DNA of 64,000 nt from Campylobacterota bacterium (GTDB lineage: Bacteria > Campylobacterota > Campylobacteria > Campylobacterales > Arcobacteraceae): positions 10,137 to 74,136 of the forward strand of contig JBNJFB010000004.1 in the NCBI GenBank assembly GCA_051746405.1, given 5' to 3'. The notes below the pieces were generated by a model, which was not told where the DNA came from, made no database searches, and saw only the letters and a program-made list of their open reading frames with translations. The translations under genes and the position numbers were made by a program. Below, in pieces: positions 1-8,927 of this stretch (its first letter is position 1; each line of letters begins with the position of its first letter).

Positions 1-875
1 GTAAGTCAGGAACAACAATAGAGACTATATCTATTTTTAAATATATAAACTCCCTTGTAAAAATAGATAAAAATAACTGTTTAATAATAAGTGAAAATGA
101 TAGTAAACTATCATCTTATGCTAGTAAAAAAGATATAAAAACTTTTGAAATTCCAAAAAATGTAGGTGGTAGGTTTTCTGTATTTAGCGCTGTTGGACTT
201 GTACCCCTTGCTATAGTAGGGGTAGATATAAAAGCACTTTTGCAGGGTGCTTTAAAAGTAAAGAACTCTTTTTTTGAAAAGAGTGAGTATTTTGACTATA
301 TTTTTGAAAAAGCAAGATTTATGGTTGAAAATAAGCATAGATTTAATATAAATGTACTTTTTTCTTACTCATCCTCACTTGAGGGCTTTAATAAATGGTA
401 TGTTCAACTATGGGGTGAGAGTTTAGGTAAGATAAATATAAATGGTACAAAACAAGCTTTAACACCAATAGGACTAGTAGGTCCTGTTGACCAACACTCT
501 TTTTTACAGCTAATAGCTCAAGGAAAAAGAGATAAAACTATAACTTTTATAAAAGTTGAAGATTATCAAAGTAAACTTTGTATACCTGATGTTTCTTTAG
601 ATGGATTGCAAGAGCTTGATTATTTAAATAATTTAGATTTTCAAAATCTCATATCAATGCAAGCTGATTCTACAATAGAGTCTTTAAAAGAGCTTGGTGA
701 TATACCTTATGATGTGATAACATTAGATAAGATAAATGAAGATAGTATTGCAAGACTTATTTACTCTTATGAGTTATTAACATCTATTGTAGGAAGCTTC
801 GTACAAATAGATACATACAATCAGCCAGGAGTTGAGCGAGGGAAAGAGATACTTAAGCAAAAATTTAAAAGCTAA
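1..875 (+). CDS. pgi: glucose-6-phosphate isomerase, 5'-truncated by window edge
   Basis: Frame open from nt 3 (KSGTTIET); VGGRFSV, QLWGESLGK, GPVDQHS and YNQPGVERGK motifs. Confidence 0.95.
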   Translation, partial: KSGTTIETISIFKYINSLVKIDKNNCLIISENDSKLSSYASKKDIKTFEIPKNVGGRFSVFSAVGLVPLAIVGVDIKALLQGALKVKNSFFEKSEYFDYIFEKARFMVENKHRFNINVLFSYSSSLEGFNKWYVQLWGESLGKININGTKQALTPIGLVGPVDQHSFLQLIAQGKRDKTITFIKVEDYQSKLCIPDVSLDGLQELDYLNNLDFQNLISMQADSTIESLKELGDIPYDVITLDKINEDSIARLIYSYELLTSIVGSFVQIDTYNQPGVERGKEILKQKFKS

Positions 876-888
876 GAGAGGTTTTAAA

Positions 889-1647
889 ATGGTATATGAA
901 AAATTGTGGGAACAGTATGATGAGTTTATACCTTATGATTTACAAATGAGTTTTGATATAAGACTTTGTAATGTAGTTAATATGCTTGATTATTTTTTTC
1001 AAAACTTAATAGTAAGAGAACCAAATATAAAAGAGGTAAAGTTTTATTTAGCTGGTTCTTGCATTAAAAAAGATACATTTAGAGATATTGATATGATTTT
1101 TCCTTCAAAAGAGAGAATGCTTGAGTTAAATGCATGTTTAGATCAAAGTTTCTTTGAGTATGAGAATAATTCATTAACATATAGCTTTAATGATGAGATA
1201 TTTCAATTAGTTTTTAGACCAAAATTTGAAAATAGAGACTTAGAGTTTACCATTGATGGTTTTGATTTTGATTCTACAAAGATAGGATTTGAGTGTAAAT
1301 TAAACTTTAAAACAAAAGAGATAGAAGTAGTAAAAGCTGATATTAGAGAAGAGTTTATACACTATATACAAACTAAGCAGAATAATTTATCAAAGATTAG
1401 TGTAAACCCTTTTGTGTCACTACAAAGAGCAATACATTTTTTAAAAAGGGGTGATGATGTTCCTTATAGTGTATTTTTAGATATTTGTTCAAGTATTGCA
1501 GATATAAAAATAAAAGAGAATGAAGATAGTAAAAAACATTTTGCTAGATTACAAGGAAATCCAAAAAAACTAGAAGATATAAAAGATGCTATAACAGATT
1601 ATATTGAAGATAGAAAAGATGATTTAGAAGAGAATGAGAAACAGTAG
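889..1647 (+). CDS. hypothetical protein, Pol-beta-superfamily nucleotidyltransferase-like
   Basis: Likely ATG at 889 after GAGG; LAGSC..RDIDMIF (GS..DxD), FDF and NPFVSLQRAIHF recall a class II NTase head. Confidence 0.6.
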   Translation: MVYEKLWEQYDEFIPYDLQMSFDIRLCNVVNMLDYFFQNLIVREPNIKEVKFYLAGSCIKKDTFRDIDMIFPSKERMLELNACLDQSFFEYENNSLTYSFNDEIFQLVFRPKFENRDLEFTIDGFDFDSTKIGFECKLNFKTKEIEVVKADIREEFIHYIQTKQNNLSKISVNPFVSLQRAIHFLKRGDDVPYSVFLDICSSIADIKIKENEDSKKHFARLQGNPKKLEDIKDAITDYIEDRKDDLEENEKQ

Positions 1648-1743
1648 TTTAAAAAAAAGTCAGTAAAAAATCATCATTATAAAACAATAATAAACTTTTG
1701 GTTAGAATATCTATTAAAAATAGAACCTAAAAAGGATTATACT

Positions 1744-2298
1744 TTGAGTTTTGAAAAACTTAGTGAAGATAACAAAAAAACAATATTAAACTCCATTAGA
1801 GATGTGCAAGACTTTCCAAAACCTGGTATTGTTTTTAAAGATATTACAACTTTACTAAACAATAAAGAGGCATTTTGTTTAGTAATGGATCACTTAGAGC
1901 AAAGATATAGAAGTTATGAGCTTGATTACATTGCTGGAATTGACTCAAGAGGCTTTATCTTTGGAGCTGCATTAGCTGATAGATTAAATATTGGTTTTGT
2001 ACCTGTAAGAAAAAAAGGAAAACTTCCAGGTACTACTGTATGTGAAAAATATGAGTTAGAGTATGGGTTTGATGAGGTTGAGCTTCATTTAGATGCATTT
2101 GAAAAGAAAAAAAATGCAAGAGTTTTACTTATAGATGATATTGTAGTAAGTGGTGGCACAGCATATGCAGCTGCAAATCTTATAAAAAAATTAGATGTAA
2201 ATCTAATAGAGATGTGTTTTTTAATGAATATTAGAGTTTTAGATGGTGCTAAAAAACTTAAAGAAGTTGCACCATTTTATTCAATGCTTGATGTTTAA
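1744..2298 (+). CDS. apt: adenine phosphoribosyltransferase
   Basis: [37 protein letters not shown] motif. Confidence 0.95.
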   Translation: MSFEKLSEDNKKTILNSIRDVQDFPKPGIVFKDITTLLNNKEAFCLVMDHLEQRYRSYELDYIAGIDSRGFIFGAALADRLNIGFVPVRKKGKLPGTTVCEKYELEYGFDEVELHLDAFEKKKNARVLLIDDIVVSGGTAYAAANLIKKLDVNLIEMCFLMNIRVLDGAKKLKEVAPFYSMLDV

Positions 2299-2322
2299 TT
2301 TATAAATTAAAAAAGAGAGATT

Positions 2323-3531
2323 ATGGAAGATTATATACCAAAAAAAAGTAAATTTGACCCAGATGAAAAGGGTCAATTTGGCATCTTTGGAGGTCAGTAT
2401 GTACCTGAAACATTGATGCCTGCTTTAAAAGAGTTAGAAGAAGAGTATAAAAAATATAGATTTGATAAGCAGTTTTGGGCAGAGGTTAATGAGCTTTTAA
2501 GAGATTATGTGGGAAGAGAAAATCCTCTTTACTTTGCAAAAAGAGTTAGCAAAGAGTTAAAAGCAAAAGTCTATTTAAAAAGAGAAGACTTAAATCATAC
2601 AGGTGCTCATAAAATAAATAATGTAATAGCACAAGGGCTATTAGCAAAAAAACTTAAAAAAACAAAAATTATAGCTGAAACAGGTGCTGGTCAACATGGC
2701 GTTGCAAGTGCTACAATAGCTGCACTTCTTGGTTTAGAGTGTACTATTTTTATGGGTGCAAAAGATGTTCAAAGACAGGAATTAAATGTATTTAGAATGA
2801 AACTTCTAGGTGCAAAAGTTATACCTGTAAAAAGTGGTAGTAAGACCCTAAAAGATGCTATGAATGAAGCAATTAGATATTGGGTTACAAATGCAAGGGA
2901 TACATTCTATGTAATTGGTACTGTTGCAGGACCCCATCCTTATCCATTAATGGTTAGAGATTTTCAATCAGTTATAGGATATGAGGCTAGAAAGCAATTT
3001 TTACAAAAAGAGAATACTCTTCCTGATTATGTAATAGCTTGTATTGGTGGTGGTTCAAATGCTATTGGTATGTTTTCACACTTTTTAGAAGATAAAAAAG
3101 TGACTTGTATTGGTATTGAAGCAGGTGGGCTTGGTATTGATACAAACAAGCATGGATGTAGCTTACAAAAAGGTAAGCCAGGTATTGTTCATGGGCAGTG
3201 TTCTTACTTACTTCAAGATGAGAATGGACAGATTTTAGAAGCACACTCAATGAGTGCAGGACTTGATTATCCAGGTATTGGTCCAGAACACTCTTTTCAT
3301 AAAGATGAAGAAAATATTGTTTATGACCATGTAACTGATGATGAAGCTTTGGAAGCTTTTGTATGGCTAAGTCAAAAAGAGGGAATAATTCCAGCTTTTG
3401 AAACTGCCCATGCACTTGCATATTTAAAGAAAAAACAAGAGATGTTTGAGGGCAAAAGTGTAGTAGTTAGTCTTTCAGGAAGAGGTGATAAAGATATGAT
3501 TCAAGCAAAAAGTTTGCTTGACTTTGACTAA
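2323..3531 (+). CDS. trpB: tryptophan synthase beta chain
   Basis: [44 protein letters not shown]. Confidence 0.97.
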   Translation: MEDYIPKKSKFDPDEKGQFGIFGGQYVPETLMPALKELEEEYKKYRFDKQFWAEVNELLRDYVGRENPLYFAKRVSKELKAKVYLKREDLNHTGAHKINNVIAQGLLAKKLKKTKIIAETGAGQHGVASATIAALLGLECTIFMGAKDVQRQELNVFRMKLLGAKVIPVKSGSKTLKDAMNEAIRYWVTNARDTFYVIGTVAGPHPYPLMVRDFQSVIGYEARKQFLQKENTLPDYVIACIGGGSNAIGMFSHFLEDKKVTCIGIEAGGLGIDTNKHGCSLQKGKPGIVHGQCSYLLQDENGQILEAHSMSAGLDYPGIGPEHSFHKDEENIVYDHVTDDEALEAFVWLSQKEGIIPAFETAHALAYLKKKQEMFEGKSVVVSLSGRGDKDMIQAKSLLDFD

Positions 3532-3539
3532 GGATTGAA

Positions 3540-4220
3540 ATGCAGGAATTCTTAAAAAAAGTTCAACCACACTCTGGCAAGATTTTAGCTTTTGTAGTTA
3601 TAACTTTTTTTTCATTTATTGCTTTTCATTTATATAATGCTCCTGTAACAGGATTTGAAAATAGATTTGTTTATTTACTTAAAGAGTATGGCTATGTTAT
3701 TTTATTTGCATGGGGTATGTTAGAAGGCGAAGCAGGTCTTATAATGGCTGGACTTTTAGCTCATACAGGGGATATGAACCTCTATCTTGCTATTTTTATA
3801 GCTGGACTTGGTGGCTTTGCGGGTGACCAGGTCTATTTTTATATTGGAAGATTTAATAAATCCTATGTTCATAAGAATTTTAAAAAACAAAGAAGGAAGT
3901 TTGCATTAGCTCATTTATTACTAAAAAAGTATGGATGGCCTATAATATTTATTCAAAGATATATGTATGGTATGAGAACAATAATACCAATTTCAATAGG
4001 TCTTACTAGATATAGTGCTAAGATGTTTGCTTTTATTAATCTTATTAGTGCTTGGTGTTGGGCCGCACTTACTATTGTGCCTGTTTGGTATTTTGGAAAA
4101 GAGATTTTAGAAGTACTTACTTGGGCAAAAGAGCATTGGTATTTCGCTGTGCCATTTGCAGTTTTATTTGGTGGAAGTATTATATACTATTTTAATAAAG
4201 CTACAAAAAAATATAATTAA
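3540..4220 (+). CDS. DedA family membrane protein
   Basis: LEGE, GDQVYFYIGR, RYMYGMRT..P...G motifs; hydrophobic segments. Confidence 0.9.
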   Translation: MQEFLKKVQPHSGKILAFVVITFFSFIAFHLYNAPVTGFENRFVYLLKEYGYVILFAWGMLEGEAGLIMAGLLAHTGDMNLYLAIFIAGLGGFAGDQVYFYIGRFNKSYVHKNFKKQRRKFALAHLLLKKYGWPIIFIQRYMYGMRTIIPISIGLTRYSAKMFAFINLISAWCWAALTIVPVWYFGKEILEVLTWAKEHWYFAVPFAVLFGGSIIYYFNKATKKYN

Positions 4221-4233
4221 GAAAGGATAGATT

Positions 4234-5646
4234 TTGAAAATTACATTAAATTCAAAAGATTTTAAAGATATAAGTTCAGATTTAGAAATAGTTTTAATAA
4301 ATGATTTAGACAAGTGTGAAGATGAACAGGTTTTAGAGAGTTTAGATTTTAAAGCAACAGATGAGGCTTGTGTTTTATTGCCTGAGCTAAAAAAACTTTA
4401 TGTGGCATACGAAGATGAGACTTATGATAGCTTAGCTGTAGCTATAGCTACAGGTATAAAAAAGTTTCAATCAACAAATTTCAAAACTGCAAAAGTTAAT
4501 TTAAAAGATAAATTTGAGGATAATATCAAAGCATTAGTTGAAGGTGCTATTTTAGGTTCATATAAGTTTGATACTTATAAATCAGATAAAAAAGAGAAAA
4601 AGAAGCAAGAGTTAACTTTAGTAGTTGGTGATGAAAAAGAGTATAAAAGCTTATTAAAAGAGTCAAAAACTATTGCAAAAGCTGTAAATAAAGTAAGAGA
4701 TATGGTAAATACTCCTGCAAGTGATTTTTATCCTGAAGTTATGGCTAATTTAGCAAAAGAGTTAGCAAGTGATGTTAGTATTGATTGTAAAACTCACTCT
4801 GAAAAATTTTTAGAAAATAATCATATGAATACAATGTTAAGTGTAGGACGAGCATCTATTCATGAGTCACACTTAATTCATATGAGTTACAAACCTGAAA
4901 ATCCAAAGAAAAAAATTGTGCTTGTAGGTAAGGGGCTTACTTATGACTCAGGTGGATTATCTTTAAAACCTGCAAACTTTATGACTACAATGAAATCTGA
5001 CAAAGCAGGTGGTTGTGCAGTTATGGCAACATTGTGGGCAGTTGCTAAGTTAAAACTACCTTTTGAGGTTCACGGTATAGTAGGAGCTGTTGAAAATATG
5101 ATTGGTGGAGATGCCTATAAGCCTGATGATGTACTAACAGCTAAAAATGGTAAGACTATAGAAGTTAAGAATACAGACGCAGAGGGAAGATTAGTTCTTG
5201 CAGATTGTTTATGTTATGCTCAAGATGAGATTGAAGATATTGATTATATATTTGACTATGCAACACTTACAGGAGCAAGCGTTGTAGGTGTTGGTGAATA
5301 TACTACAACAATTATGGGAAATAGTGAAGAGCTAAAAGAACAAGCAGTTGTAAACTCAGTAAAAGCAGGTGAATATGCTACTAAACTTGACTTTAATAGA
5401 TTTCTGAAAAAAACATTAAAGTCTGAAGTTGCTGATATAAGTAATATAGCAAGCTCTAGGTATGGTGGAGCTATAACAGCTGGAATGTTTTTAGATAATT
5501 TTATCTGCGAAGAGAACAAAGACAAATGGCTTCATTTTGATATAGCAGGACCTGGTTTTGTTGAACACTCATGGGGATATAATCCATATGGTGGTTCAGG
5601 TGCAGGTGTTAGAATGACAATAGAGTTTTTAAAAAATCTAAAATAA
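4234..5646 (+). CDS. pepA: leucyl aminopeptidase (M17)
   Basis: VGKGLTYDSGGLSLK, NTDAEGRLVLAD, ATLTG, HFDIAG. Confidence 0.95.
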   Translation: MKITLNSKDFKDISSDLEIVLINDLDKCEDEQVLESLDFKATDEACVLLPELKKLYVAYEDETYDSLAVAIATGIKKFQSTNFKTAKVNLKDKFEDNIKALVEGAILGSYKFDTYKSDKKEKKKQELTLVVGDEKEYKSLLKESKTIAKAVNKVRDMVNTPASDFYPEVMANLAKELASDVSIDCKTHSEKFLENNHMNTMLSVGRASIHESHLIHMSYKPENPKKKIVLVGKGLTYDSGGLSLKPANFMTTMKSDKAGGCAVMATLWAVAKLKLPFEVHGIVGAVENMIGGDAYKPDDVLTAKNGKTIEVKNTDAEGRLVLADCLCYAQDEIEDIDYIFDYATLTGASVVGVGEYTTTIMGNSEELKEQAVVNSVKAGEYATKLDFNRFLKKTLKSEVADISNIASSRYGGAITAGMFLDNFICEENKDKWLHFDIAGPGFVEHSWGYNPYGGSGAGVRMTIEFLKNLK

Positions 5647-5651
5647 TATAA

Positions 5652-5679
5652 AACAAGACACAATAAGAAGTGTCTTGTT
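5652..5679. terminator. hairpin between convergent pepA and ligase genes
   Basis: AACAAGACAC-8 nt-GTGTCTTGTT perfect 10 bp inverted repeat. Confidence 0.7.
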
Positions 5680-6481
5680 AATCTTCTTTTCTAACTCTTA
5701 AAAATGATGCAAATTTTGGTTTTTTATATTTTGTTAGTCCATAAAATTTAAAAGTTACTATATCTCCTACTTTTGGGTGATTTTTTCTTTGTTGGTTTGT
5801 AAAGCCTGTCCCTAAATTAAATATAACTCCATTTTTAAGCTTAACTTTTAGACTTTTAAAGTCGCCGTTTGAATGTCTGTTTATCCCTATGACAACAGCT
5901 TCATCATCAAAGAATTTTTTAACTTTTAAGATATTGCTATTTCTTCCTGTAAAGTATGATAGGTTTGGATTTTTTAATATAATCCCTTCAGCTTTTTTAT
6001 TTACTAATTCATTTAAATAAGTTTCTAGATGTTTTTTATTTTGACAGACTATTTGAGAAATTACATTTAGGTGGCTTGTTGGATGTTCTTTTAACCAAAG
6101 CTTTAGTTTATTTAACCTTTTTGCAAAATTACCTTTTGCATTTGGTACTTCAAATATATTATAACTTATCTTTTTCCAGTTTTTTGAAGGAGTTTTGTCT
6201 AAGACAATACTTTGTATAGTTTCAAAATCATTTCGTTTTGTCCATAGTTCACCATCTAGACTAAACTTAGGTAAACTTTTTATAAACCAAGAAGGGGCAT
6301 AAATTTTATTTCCATTTTTACTTAAAAGCTCTTTTCCATTCCAAAATGCTCTAATACCATCTAATTTCTCACTCATATACCAACCTTTGATATCCATATT
6401 TTTTTTATACACCTTTGGTTTTTGTATATCTAACGAAAAACTTACTGTGATAGTAAATATTATTATAAATAAAAATCTCAT
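5678..6481 (-). CDS. minimal ATP-dependent DNA ligase with N-terminal signal peptide (Lig E type)
   Basis: SEKLDGIRA motif I, DGELW, EGIILK, LKVKK, C-terminal OB fold; hydrophobic leader MRFLFIIIFTITVSFS. Confidence 0.9.
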   Translation of the reverse strand: MRFLFIIIFTITVSFSLDIQKPKVYKKNMDIKGWYMSEKLDGIRAFWNGKELLSKNGNKIYAPSWFIKSLPKFSLDGELWTKRNDFETIQSIVLDKTPSKNWKKISYNIFEVPNAKGNFAKRLNKLKLWLKEHPTSHLNVISQIVCQNKKHLETYLNELVNKKAEGIILKNPNLSYFTGRNSNILKVKKFFDDEAVVIGINRHSNGDFKSLKVKLKNGVIFNLGTGFTNQQRKNHPKVGDIVTFKFYGLTKYKKPKFASFLRVRKED

Positions 6482-6579
6482 ACTATACCTTTTTAATTAG
6501 TTATTTAATTATAGTTTGATGTGACCAAAAGTTAGCTTTATCAATTGTACATAATATTTTTTTGGGTACTATATAAAAA

Positions 6580-6761
6580 AAGAACGTATTAATAGAAAAT
6601 ATTTAAAAGGTACTTTCTTGTTATTAGACAATGAAAACAACAATAAAAAAGTTTATGAAATTGGTTCAAAACATTAGACACTTAGATTCTGAAAAACAAA
6701 ATACAAAATTTGTGAACTTATAGAAGATGAGATAAAAATAGTTGAGGATAGTATCAAGTGA
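6580..6761 (+). pseudogene. probable decayed 3' end of a type IIG restriction-modification / adenine MTase gene
   Basis: 6702-6761 reads YKICELIEDEIKIVEDSIK*, resembling the VYxLYxLTxxEIKIVE tail of such enzymes; its TGA overlaps the GTG at 6758; upstream frames are broken. Confidence 0.45.
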
Positions 6762-7474
6762 TAAAAATTATAAATTTCTTTTTTTACATATTTTGGATCA
6801 TTGCATTTGGTCTATTTTTATATTTTGGATATAGACTTGTAGTTTGTAATAGTACAGAAATTGCAGCTCCATTTGGAATTTTATTATCTGCACTATTAGC
6901 ATCAACAGCAGTATTGAAAACAATCTCAAAAAGTCAGGAAGTTAGTCAAAAAAAAGAGAAGTATGACAAATCAGAATTCTATATGAATAAGTCAATTGAA
7001 GGTCTTAATCAAGTATTTGAGTTGTTAAAAGACTTAAATAATAATAGAGTTGTTTGGATTCAAGCAGCTAGAGTTTTAGATAAAACTCTAGAATTGTCAA
7101 ATTTTATTACAGAAGAAAATCATAAAAAAGTATTTGAACTTCAAAGATTTATGATAAAAAATAACTTATCAAAACTATTTAATGAAGTTGATGGTCAATC
7201 TTATGGTTTACCGTTATCATTTTTTGCTGGTTTAGAAAATTGGAAAAATGAAAAAGACAGTGAAGCAATAAATGAGCTAAAAAGAATTACTATACAAAAT
7301 CAACTAAATCCTGAAAGTGTAATAGCAATATTTAAATTTTTAAAATTTGAAGATGATTATGTGGATCCCTTAGATGATAACTCAGTACCATTAAATGATA
7401 ATGAAGCTAAAAGAATTGCACCAACAATACCAGCAATTAAAGAGTATTTAGGACAAGAAAGACTAAAACGATAA
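6758..7474 (+). CDS. hypothetical protein with two N-terminal transmembrane segments
   Basis: 238-aa ORF, GAGG upstream, two hydrophobic stretches followed by a soluble domain. Confidence 0.75.
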   Translation: MIKIINFFFYIFWIIAFGLFLYFGYRLVVCNSTEIAAPFGILLSALLASTAVLKTISKSQEVSQKKEKYDKSEFYMNKSIEGLNQVFELLKDLNNNRVVWIQAARVLDKTLELSNFITEENHKKVFELQRFMIKNNLSKLFNEVDGQSYGLPLSFFAGLENWKNEKDSEAINELKRITIQNQLNPESVIAIFKFLKFEDDYVDPLDDNSVPLNDNEAKRIAPTIPAIKEYLGQERLKR

Positions 7475-7488
7475 AAATATAAAAGAGG

Positions 7489-8171
7489 GTGATTATGAAC
7501 TATAAAATATTTTGTGATGAGAGCTGTCATTTACAAAATGACGGATGGGATAGTATGACACTTGGGGCTTTAAACTGCCCAAATAATGATTATGAAAAAA
7601 TCAAAGAAGATATCAAATCTATTAAATTAAAACATCATACTCCATTTGAGATCAAATGGACAAAACTATCAAGAAGTAGAATTAAGCTATATAAAGAGCT
7701 TATAGATTATTTTGTAGAGTCTTCACTGACATTTAGGGTAGTTATGGTAATAAATAAACAAGACCTAGAACATCATAAATTCAATCAAACCCATAGTGAC
7801 TTTTACTATAAGACTTATTATTTAGTGCTAAAAAATATTATGAATCCAAAAGATGATTTTAAAGTCTATATGGATATAAAAGATACTAGAGGAAAAGTTG
7901 CCCTCGATGAGATCACAAAAGTATTTGAAAAATCTAATGAACTGCCAACTCCTTTTATGCAACATATCAGATCAGATGAATCACAACTTTTACAACTCTC
8001 AGATATACTCACAGGTGCAGTATCATATAAAATAAGAGGTTTAAAAAGTAGCTCACTAAAAATGGAATTAGTACACTATATCGAACAAAACTAGGTATCA
8101 CACTCAATACAACATCAACTTTAGGTTACACTAAATTTAATAGATTTATCCAAGATCCTCAAAAGGTATAA
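7489..8171 (+). pseudogene. DUF3800 family (RNase H-like) protein with an apparent frameshift near the 3' end
   Basis: IFCDESCHL, EIKWTK, YMDIKDTRG, QLSDILTGA; stop at 8094, but the -1 frame continues LGITLNTTSTLGYTKFNRFIQDPQKV* to 8171, 2 nt before the next start. Confidence 0.75.
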
Positions 8172-8173
8172 TT

Positions 8174-8716
8174 GTGAATGAACTACCTTTAGTACTAAGT
8201 GATGAAACAAAATGCAATAGCAAAGACATAGAAGCATTATTTGAAATATTTAAAAATGACTTTATCGATGGAGTAGCTATTTTAAATCTCGATAAAGCAG
8301 ACTATACTATTACTGTCAAGCCAGATATTTGTTGTGATTGTCCATATCAAAAAGATAAAAAGCCTGAAAGATTTTGGCATATCATCACAAAAAAAGAGTT
8401 TGATACAAAAAAGAAAAACAATCCTTGTCCTGAAGATAAAGAAAAAAATAGAGCTTATGATGTTGCTAGAGCTAAAAGGATACATTGGATTAAACAAACT
8501 ATTGAGAATATAGATGAAGAACATATCAAATATTTTTGTGAGGGTGGTAAACAACTTACACATTTTTTGTGGGATACAAAAAGATTCTATATAGTACTTA
8601 TAAAACATTTAGGGAAAAGTAAAAATTTACTCGTAACAGCTTTCCCAGTTCATCAAAATAAATACAGAGACTATAAAGCAAGATTGAAAAAGTATAAAAA
8701 GAAAATGAAATTGTAA
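8174..8716 (+). CDS. hypothetical protein, BECR/RelE-like RNase fold candidate (phage P1 RlfB-like by recollection)
   Basis: FWHIIT, RAKRIHWIKQTIEN, FYIVLI, LLVTAF pattern, basic C-terminus; AAAGGT RBS before GTG. Confidence 0.6.
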   Translation: MNELPLVLSDETKCNSKDIEALFEIFKNDFIDGVAILNLDKADYTITVKPDICCDCPYQKDKKPERFWHIITKKEFDTKKKNNPCPEDKEKNRAYDVARAKRIHWIKQTIENIDEEHIKYFCEGGKQLTHFLWDTKRFYIVLIKHLGKSKNLLVTAFPVHQNKYRDYKARLKKYKKKMKL

Positions 8717-8804
8717 CACCGCCTTGATTCGGCTGTGCGGTGTATCAGCCACCTGCGGGTGAATATCTATAGAGACACTCCCCTATACCATTTGGTATAT
8801 CAAG
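8716..8804 (+). ncRNA. candidate structured RNA (DUF3800-associated type) with two pseudoknot pairings
   Basis: 29 of 46 nt G+C in 8716-8761; ACACCGC/GCGGTGT stem, loop GGCTG pairs with CAGCC, loop CTTGA pairs with TCAAG, plus CACC/GGTG and TATACC/GGTATA hairpins. Confidence 0.65.
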
Positions 8805-8927
8805 ATGATTTATTTTAATATACTTATGTTTAATTTTTAATAAAAAAGGTTTTATCTCTCTTTTTGGCTTTTTTGTTTATAATGAGATTATAAAAAACAA
8901 ATTTAAATATTATAAAAAAGGAATTAA

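Noticed and set aside
8716..8745. Simple rho-independent terminator
   Set aside because: 14-nt loop, no U-tract, and additional long-range complementarities
8716..8804. HDV-like or theta self-cleaving ribozyme
   Set aside because: P1/P2 nesting is similar, but there is no room for P3-L3 and no recognisable catalytic J4/2 strand; kept only as a generic structured RNA
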